From: Macrostomum lignano
Taxonomy: Eukaryota
Direction: 5' to 3'
DNA: 52,037 nucleotides
NCBI GenBank assembly: GCA_002269645.1
Contig: NIVC01001583.1
Location: 1-52,037 of the forward strand
Positions 43,211 to 52,037 of the stretch are shown in pieces. Both the position numbers and the translations under genes were made by a program. Positions within the stretch are counted from its first letter, which is position 1; every line of letters starts with the position of its first letter. The notes under the pieces are model-generated. The model saw only the letters and a program-made list of their open reading frames with translations. It did not search any database and was not told where the DNA came from.

Positions 43211-43829
43211 ATGGAGAGAGAGGAAGAGAACCGGGACGGTGTCGCTGCCAGAAGCCGAAAAAGTCGAAAGAAAAGCATGAGTAAAAGAAGTCATTAGAGC
43301 GAATATCAGGCTTGTGACTTGAATTCAGTTTAACAGTTGCTTGATTTCCATAACAGTTAATAATATTTTGCTCGAAGCTGTTTCATGAATTACTACATAG
43401 AGAAGGGGAATAGAAGTTGCTAACCAAAGCACTGAAGGCGGGTTAAAGTGCAAATTCAGGTTTTTCTACTTTCCGCTCGCTCCAGCTGCCCCTCTCATAG
43501 TCTGCGCGAGGCCATTGTTGCCATGCTCCTCCATCGCGAGCAACAATGCTCCAGGTAGTGGGGGAGATATTTCTGCGGAAATCCCCGTTCCCATTCAGGC
43601 CCGGCCGAAATGCAAATCTCCGGCCAGACTCCCCCCACCAATTTCCTGCGGGAGTCTCCAGCAGCCGGCTCTGCGTAGCCCAAGTTTTTCTACCCAGGGG
43701 GATGGCGAGCTCAGGTGCTGCCTGGCTTTGCAGTGGAAAAGTTTTGGAGAAATATCCCAGTTTGCTGACTTTTCTGCTTTACAATGCCTTTTCTGTTCAT
43801 GTCAGTTTCTATCCGCTCCTTCAGGTGTT

Positions 43830-44630
43830 CTTGTCTGTTCCTGTCTGCTCCTGTCTGTTCCTGTCTGTTCCTGTCTGTTCCTGTCTGCTCCTATCCGCTC
43901 TTTCTGTTCCTGTCGGCTCCTATCCGCTCCTTCTGTTCCTGTCTGCTTTTGTCTGTTCCTGTCTGTTCCTGTCTGTTCCTGTCTGTTCCTGTCTGTTCCT
44001 GTCTGTTCCTGTCTGTTCCTGTCTGTTCCTGTCTGTTCCTGTCTGTTCCTGTCTGTTCCTGTCTGTTCCTGTCTGTTCCTCTCTGCTCCTGTCTGTTCCT
44101 GTCTGTTCCTGTCTGTTCCTGTCTGTTCCTGTCTGTTCCTGTCTGTTCCTGTCTGTTCCTGTCTGTTCCTGTCTGTTCCTGTCTGTTCCTGTCTGTTCCT
44201 CTCTGCTCCTGTCTGTTCCTGTCTGTTCCTGTCTGTTCCTGTCTGTTCCTGTCTGTTCCTCTCTGCTCCTGTCTGTTCCTGTCTGTTCCTGTCTGTTCCT
44301 GTCTGTTCCTGTCTGTTCCTGTCTGTTCCTGTCTGTTCCTGTCTGTTCCTCTCTGTTCCTGTCTGTTCCTGTCTGTTCCTGTCTGTTCCTGTCTGTTCCT
44401 GTCTGTTCCTGTCTGTTCCTCTCTGTTCCTGTCTGTTCCTGTCTGTTCCTCTCTGTTCCTGTCTGTTCCTGTCTGTTCCTGTCTGTTCCTCTCTGTTCCT
44501 GTCTGTTCCTGTCTGTTCCTGTCTGTTCCTGTCTGTTCCTGTCTGTTCCTGTCTGTTCCTCTCTGTTCCTGTCTGTTCCTGTCTGTTCCTCTCTGTTCCG
44601 GTCTGTTCATGTCTGTTCCTGTCTGCTCAA
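43830..44630. repeat. 10-bp array (GTCTGTTCCT)n
   Basis: Directly visible, with periodic CTCTG variants. Confidence 0.95.
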
Positions 44631-44888
44631 AAATGTCTGTTAATATAAGATAAAGCTGAGCACTGCTGCACCAAAGTGAAATGAGAGAATTGTAAAAATT
44701 TGATTCTCTTAAGCTGAGAAAATAATAGCAAAATCAGGAGACTTTATATTTAGGTGAGACAACACCAGTGTGTGTTGTATGTGCTTATTTAAATTACAAA
44801 ATTTACCTTTCAGTTTAACCATAAAACAACAAAATTCAATACTGAATCACTACTCATCAATGAACTTCTCCATAAGTACCTAAACGGC

Positions 44889-45190
44889 TGACCCCCAAGT
44901 CAGCAGCTCCGGTCAGGCCCTGACCCCCAAGTCAGCAGCTCCGGTCAGGCCCTGACCCCCAAGTCAGCAGCTCCGGTCAGGCCCTGACCCCCAAGTCAGC
45001 AGCTCCGGTCAGGCCCTGACCCCCAAGTCAGCAGCTCCGGTCAGGCCCTGACCCCAAGTCAGCAGCTCCGGTCAGGCCCTGACCCCCAAGTCAGCAGCTC
45101 CGGTCAGGCCCTGACCCCCAAGTCAGCAGCTCCGGTCAGGCCCTGACCCCCAAGTCAGCAGCTCCGGTCAGGCCCTGACCCCCAAGTCAG
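44889..45190. repeat. 32-bp minisatellite (GACCCCCAAGTCAGCAGCTCCGGTCAGGCCCT) overlapping the TRP stop codon
   Basis: About 9 tandem copies. Confidence 0.95.
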
Positions 45191-48100
45191 CGGCGGCAGG
45201 CCGGACATCCCCAGCCAGAAGACGCATCCGCAGCCGCTGCCTGGCGGTGCTGAGCACGGCTCCGTACTCCAGCTGGGTTCGCCGCCGCAGGTAGCTGACG
45301 GGGACTTCGGCCGGGCCGTCCCGCATAGCGCGGCTGATTGCGTCCCACAGCAGCAGGGTCAGCAGGTGCAGCGGCCACAGCAGGTTGAATGGCACCGGCA
45401 GGTCCGGCCCGACCTGCAGGTACTTGATCTTCGTCAGCGATGCCCGGTACAGCCAGTCGGACTCGCGCACCGCGGACAGCTGGGCGAAGGTCTCGGACAT
45501 CATGGCCACCAGCAGGTTGATCAGCACAACTGCGCCGACTATCACGAAGGAGATGTGCGCCAGGAAGCCCAGCAGCTCCAGGGTCTTCAGGCTGACGTGG
45601 CCGGAGGCGCCAGACTGCAGCAGGTGGTCTTCCCGGGCCGACATTGTCAGCAGCGACCAGAACAGCGTCTGGAACACCGTCCCGTCAGACTGGAAGTAGG
45701 CGCTGGCGCAGGACACCACGCGGTACAGGGTGATCAGCAGGCAGGTCCAGGCGCTCAGCACCACCAGGAGGATCGCGGCAAAGTTCAGCACGTCCTTCAG
45801 CACCCGGCTCAGCGAGACCACCAGGGTGCCCACGTGCCTGCGATGGGGAATCAGTCAGGTGGGGAATCAGTCAGGTGGGGAATCAGTCAGGTAGGGAATC
45901 AGTCAGGTGGGGAATCAGTCAGGTGGGGAACCAGTCACGTAGGGAATCAGTCAGGTGGGGAATCAGTCAGGTGGGGAATCAGTCAGGTGGGGAATCAGTC
46001 AGGTGGGGAATCAGTCAGGTGGGGAATCAGTCAGGTGGGGAATCAGTCAGGTGGGGAATCAGTCAGGTGGGAATCAGTCAGGTGGGGAATCAGTCAGGTG
46101 GGGAATCAGTCAGGTGGGGAATCAGTCAGGTGGGGAATCAGTCAGGTGGGGAATCAGTCAGGTGGGGAATCAGTCAGGTGGGGAATCAGTCAGGTGGGGA
46201 ATCAGTCAGGTGGGGAATCAGTCAGGTAGGGAATCAGTCAGGTGGGGAATCAGTCAGGTAGGGAATCAGTCAGGTGGGGAATCAGTCAGGTGGGGAATCA
46301 GTCAGGTGGGGAATCAGTCAGGTGGGGAATCAGTCAGGTGGGGAATCAGTCAGGTGGGGAATCAGTCAGGTGGGGAATCAGTCAGGTGGGGAATCAGTCA
46401 GGTAGGGAATCAGTCAGGTGGGGAATCAGTCAGGTAGGGAATCAGTCAGGTGGGGAATCAGTCAGGTGGGGAATCAGTCAGGTAGGGAATCAGTCAGGTA
46501 GGGAATCAGTCAGGTGGGGAATCAGTCAGGTGGGGAATCAGTCAGGTGGGGAATCAGTCAGGTGGGGAATCAGTCAGGTGGGGAATCAGTCAGGTGGGGA
46601 ATCAGTCAGGTGGGGAATCAGTCAGGTGGGGAATCAGTCAGGTGGGGAATCAGTCAGGTGAATATCAGTCAGGGTGCTACCTCTGCAGCGCAGCCATGGA
46701 GAAGATGCTCAGCAGGGTGAAGGCGTGCCCGAAGCCCATGGCAACGCTGCCGGCCAGGTGAGGCTCCAGGCCATCCAGCAGGAGGGCGGAGAAGGCAGCG
46801 GTGAAGTTGCCGAGGCCGGGGCAGGCGAGGCTGGCGGGCTGCGAGCAGACCAGAGCGGACACGTTGAGGCCGGCGGCGCACACGCAGGCGCGGATGTCGG
46901 TGCCGTTCGGCAGGCCGGCCAGCAGCCGCTCACTGGAGGCGCGGAGGCGGGAGGCCCAGATGAAGGTCAGCGGCAGGCCGGCCAGATAGCAGGCAACGGC
47001 AAGGTGGTGCAGCAGCCCGAAGAAGCCGGTGACCAGGGCCAATCGGCGAGGCCCCAGCAGGCACAGGTGGTGCACATTCTTCACCAGGTAGGCGAACATG
47101 AAGATGAGGAACAGAGCCTGCAGCGCCAGCTGGCCTCCGCCAATCCAGGCGGTGCCGGACGCGCCGCAGACGGCCGACTTGGCGACGCTGTCGCCGAGGT
47201 CGCGGGCGGAGGAGACCCAGGAGGCCAGCAGGGCGAGGCTGACGGCGAAGGCGACGGTGTCGAGGGCGTGGCAGAAGCGGGCGCTCTGGCACAGCGGGCG
47301 GAGGCGCGGGTGCGGGAACAGCAGGTAGACGGGAGACAGGGCGTAGCCAGCGGTAGCGGCGAGTGCCAGGCCCGAGCTCGAGCTGCCTGCGGGGTCGGCG
47401 GGGCCAAGGATCCGGATTCAAATCCCTTTTGAACCTCACAAAACTACAACCGAACGCTAAATCCCAAGTCCCAATCCCAAGTCCCAAGTCCCAACCCCAG
47501 ATCCAAAGTCCCAGTCCCAAATCCCAAGTCCCAATCCCAAATCCCATGTCCCAACCCCAACTCCCAAGTCCCAATCCCAAATCCCATGTCCCAACCCCAA
47601 CTCCCAAGTCCCAATCCCAACTCCCAAGTCCCAATCCCAACTCCCAAGTCCCAATCCCAACTCCCATGTCCCAACCCCAACTCCCAAGTCCCAATCCCAA
47701 CTCCCATGTCCCAATCCCAAATCCCAAGTCTCGACCCCAACTCCCAAGTCCCAACCCCAAATCCCAACCCGAATCGCCGCCAGCTCTCACCCGGCAGACC
47801 CTGCGGCAGCCGCTCCTCAGGCCAGCGGCAGCCGTGCTCCCAGGCCCTGTCCAGCACGAGCTGAGCGGCCTGGTGCGCCAGCGGCTCCCGCAGTTCCAGG
47901 TCGGCGAAGTGCTTCAGCCGGCCCAGCCGATCCTCTGGCGCGAAGGCGTCCAGCAGCAGCGCGAAGGCCTCCTCGCTAGTCCAGCAGCCGTCCAGCAGCA
48001 GCACCAGCGAGCGGCAGCCCCCGAGGCGGACCGGCAGCAGGAGCTCCCGCGGCAGCAGCGGCTCCAGGTGGCCCAGCCGGCGCATCAGGTTGAGGCCCTG

Positions 48101-48502
48101 CTGAAGGACGTCCTCGCCGGACGCCCTGAATGCCTGGTAGAGCGGCGAGACCAGCGCCGGCAGGAGGCGCTCGGCGTACAGCCGGCGCAGGCGCGGGTCC
48201 TGGCGCAGCGCTCGGCACAGCGAGCAGCCGCAGGCGGCCAGGCGGTGCGGGAACGGCAGCCGCTCGCTTCGCTCCCGCACCAAGTAGCCCACCAGCTCGG
48301 CGTGGCCGCCCAGCACCGCCCACGCCAGCGGAGACTGCACGACCAAGGCGGGCGGCAGCGACTCCACGTGCTGGGCTGCGCACCACGGCGACTCGTAGGA
48401 GGCCTTGAGGGTGGCGAGGTCGCCACGGAGCACCGCCTCCAGCTGCTTCTCCCGCCAGCGCTCCACGGCCAGGATGGACAGGTCGATGCCTTCGCCTGAC
48501 AT
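45168..48502 (-). CDS. TRPC: Divergent TRPC-like cation channel, 3 exons (48502-47791, 47386-46681, 45837-45168), ~695 aa
   Basis: GT-AG introns with matching phases. TRP_2 motif [15 protein letters not shown]; [19 protein letters not shown]; [18 protein letters not shown]; pore FQTLFWSL; S6 [15 protein letters not shown]; post-TRP-box LPVPFNLL. The symbol is family-level only. Confidence 0.9.
45843..46665. repeat. 16-bp intronic minisatellite (GGGGAATCAGTCAGGT)
   Basis: Fills almost all of TRP intron 45838-46680. Confidence 0.96.
47455..47775. repeat. ~20-bp CCCAA-based intronic minisatellite (CTCCCAAGTCCCAATCCCAA)
   Basis: Fills most of TRP intron 47387-47790. Confidence 0.93.
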
Positions 48503-48506
48503 TGGC

Positions 48507-49072
<566 letters not shown>

Positions 49073-49469
49073 AGTAAAACAGGCTCACTTGAGTGTCCAA
49101 AACAAAAGTTCGCACAAGCAGTTTGAGTCTCTGTTCTCCTGTTATGTTTCAAACCCGGCAGCTTGGCTTTGAATTTTAACTTCCCAAGCCCTCATTGCAA
49201 TTCCAATATCTGCATATGTCTCACACCCCCTCTGCCCATGTCCCGCTCACGAGGATCCCAGCCCCGAGTTCGGCCCTCGCCTGTTGGGTGTCGATCGATA
49301 CGGGAAGCCCGACACCCTCGCCACCGACTCTGGGGCGAGTCCGTGACTCAGCGAGTGAGCAGTGGGGCGCAACTGTCCGTGGGCGGCTCCTTGAACTGAG
49401 TGGTTTGTGCGGAGAATTTGATAATTGCCACACTTTGTATGCAGCATTTGCAGCAAGCAGTTTCTGTGA

Positions 49470-49790
49470 GGGATGAGGGGAGCTGTGGGGATGAGGGGAG
49501 CTGTTGAGATGAGGAGGAGCTGTGGGGATGAGGAGGAGCTGTGGGGATGAGGGGAGCTGTGGGGATGAGGAGAAGCTGTTGAGATGAGGAGAAGCTGTGG
49601 GGATGAGGAGGAGCTGTGGGGTGAGGAGAAGCTGTGGGGATGAGGGGGGCTGTGGGGGTGAGGGGAGCTGTGGGGGTGAGGGGAGCTGTTGAGATGAGGA
49701 GGAGCTGTGGGGATGAGGGGAGCTGTGGGGATGAGGGGAGCTGTGGGGATGAGGAGAAGCTGTGGGGGTGAGGGGGGCTGTGGGAGATGC
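49470..49790. repeat. 18/19-bp G-rich minisatellite (GAGGGGAGCTGTGGGGAT)
   Basis: Tandem copies between the divergent TRP and Shisa-like starts. Confidence 0.92.
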
Positions 49791-49979
49791 AGGCCGCTAA
49801 TACGGCATGGTTAGTGCCATAGACTACGAAGTGTTTCTGCATTCGCGACGGGCATACTAGAAGGTAAATGAAAAATAATGTTGATGGGGCACAACTCAGC
49901 GTCTCTGCAGTGTTATTTCAAATGACAGTCTGAGCTGCGCACTTCACTGTTTGATTCAGTCGCTTGCCATAACTGGAGA

Positions 49980-51896
49980 ATGCGGCGCTCAGTCTCTGGC
50001 TGCCTCCTCTTCATCAGCCTGGTTCAGCAGCTGCCAACAGCTCAAAGCAACTTTGGTAAGCATGGCTGACTGCGTGTCCGCGGGAAGCTCCCTATTCTAG
50101 AGTCTGATCTCAGGGAGAGATCCTAATCTTGGAGAATCCAATCTCAAAAGAGATCCTAATCTTGGAGAATCCAATCTCGGGAGAGATCCTAATCTTGGAG
50201 AATCCAATCTCAAAAAGAGATCCTAATCTTGGAGAATCCAATCTCGGGAGAGATCCTAATCTTGGAGAATCCAATCTCAGGGAGAGATCCTAATCTTGGA
50301 GAATCCAATCTCAGGGAGAGATCCTAATCTTGGAGAATCCAATCTCAGGAAGAGATCATAATCTTGGAGAATCCAATCTCAGGGAGAGATCCTAATCTTG
50401 GAGAATCCAATCTCAGGGAGAGATCCTAATCTTGGAGAATCCAATCTCAGGAAGAGATCATAATCTTGGAGAATCCAATCTCAGGAAGAGATCCCAATCT
50501 TGGAGAATCCAATCTCAGGGAGAGATCCTAATCTTGGAGAATCCAATCTAAAAAGAGATCCCAATCTTGGAGAATCCAATCTCAAAAAGTGATCCCAATC
50601 TTGGAGAATCCAATCTCAGGGAGAGATCCTAATCTTGGAGAATCCAATCTCAGGGAGAGATCCTAATCTTGGAGAATCCAATCTCAGGGAGAGATCCTAA
50701 TCTTGAAGAATCCAATCTCAGGAAGAGATCCCAATCTTGGAGAATCCAATCTCAAAAAGAGATCCCAATCTTGGAGAATCCAATCTCAGGGAGAGATCCT
50801 AATCTTGGAGAATCCAATCTCAGGAAGAGACCCCAATCTTGGAGAATCCAATCTCAAACAGAGATCCCAATCTTGGAGAATCCAATCTCAGGAAGAGATC
50901 ATAATCTTGGAGAATCCAATCTCAGGAAGAGATCCTAATCTTGGAGAATCCAATCTCAAAAGAGATCCCAATCTTGGAGAATCCAATCTCAAAAAGAGAT
51001 CCCAATCTTGGAGAATCCAATCTCAAAAAGAGATCCCAATCTTGGAGAATCCAATCTCAGGGAGAGATCCCAATCTTGGAGAATCCAATCTCAGGGAGAG
51101 ATCATAATCTTGGAGAATCCAATCTCAGGAAGAGATCCTAATCTTGGAGAATCCAATCTCAAAAAGAGATCCCAATCTTGGAGAATCCAATCTCAAAAGA
51201 GATCCCAATCTTGGAGAATCCAATCTCAGGAAGAGATCCTAATCTTGGAGAATCCAATCTCAGGGAGAGATCCTAATCTTGAAGAATCCAATCTCAGGGA
51301 GAGATCTTAATCTTGGAGAATCCAATCTCAGGGAGAGATCCTAATCTTGGAGAATCCAATCTCAGGGAGAGATCCTAATCTTGGAGAATCCAATCTCAGG
51401 GAGAGATCCTAATCTTGGAGAATCCAATCTCAGGGAGAGATCATAATCTTGGAGAATCCATATCCCACTTATTGAAACCAATCTCTCGAAAAATCCTGAT
51501 CATTAATTAGCATAATTAGCATAATTAGCATACTACAAAAAAATGAAAAGCTGAAGCTCCGCAACTGCAGTCAGAAACGCCCCCTGCGGCGAGGTGGACC
51601 TGCAGGACCAGTACCGCAGCCTGAGTTACGCCCGCCTGACCAGCCTCTGTCCGGCCAAGCAGTTCTGCTGCTACCCGGCCGGAGGCAGCCAGGTGGCCAC
51701 CTGCTGCGACGATTGCACCCGGGAGGTGGACTTCAACCCCACGGTGCAGCCGAGCGACTGTCTGAGTGGCCAGCGGAAATGGTCGATGGTGCTGATCACC
51801 CTGCTGCCGGTGCTCACCGCCCTGCTGCCCGGCATGGTGGCAGTGACTGCCGTGCTCATTCTGAGCATGGTCAGCAGGAACAGGGTGGACCTTTGA
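49980..51896 (+). CDS. Small cysteine-rich single-pass membrane protein (Shisa-like/WBP1-VOPP1-TMEM92-type pattern), 2 exons (49980-50055, 51571-51896), 133 aa
   Basis: Signal peptide-like MRRSVSGCLLFISLVQQLPTAQS, donor G|GTAAGC, phase-1 acceptor CTGCAG at 51570, Cys pattern C..C..CC..CC..C..C and a hydrophobic C-terminal segment; not joined in the ORF track. Confidence 0.8.
50105..51460. repeat. 34-bp intronic minisatellite (GAGATCCTAATCTTGGAGAATCCAATCTCAGGGA)
   Basis: Fills intron 50056-51570. Confidence 0.96.
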
Positions 51897-52037
51897 GCTG
51901 GCGAGTTCGTCTGGCATCTGAAATTGCACTCGTGATTTAAAATAATTCGATTTCCACAGTTTTCAATCACATACCGATTATCGCTGTTTTTGCTAATATC
52001 TCTACTCATAGTAAAGTAGTTTGCGTTCACCGACGCT

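Overview
Intron-rich animal genomic DNA: GC-rich exons, AT-rich spacers, and roughly 40-45% tandem arrays (hand estimate). The style resembles the flatworm Macrostomum lignano, which is an unverified inference. I found no rRNA, tRNA, CRISPR array or autonomous transposon. Seven protein-coding loci can be modelled by hand. Two are tandem minus-strand ankyrin-repeat paralogues (3646-5096, with a 1-nt frameshift, and 9356-10708). They share an ~866-bp core at ~99% identity, but their tails are old and diverged; both tails carry a DSGxxS/T degron-like motif, and a death-domain-like end is visible mainly in copy B (IkB/p105-like parts). The others are a 3-exon ankyrin gene (12861-15862), an intronless coiled-coil + NHL protein (20041-21438), a 16-exon copine whose C2A domain has lost its Ca2+ ligands (25443-42315), a 3-exon divergent TRPC-like channel (45168-48502) and a 2-exon Shisa-like small membrane protein (49980-51896). 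There is also a foldback/MITE element (6767-7674) and a doubtful locus split by a perfect 14-mer array (17768-19129). Almost every long intron is filled by its own private minisatellite, and most long ORFs in the supplied track are artefacts of these arrays.
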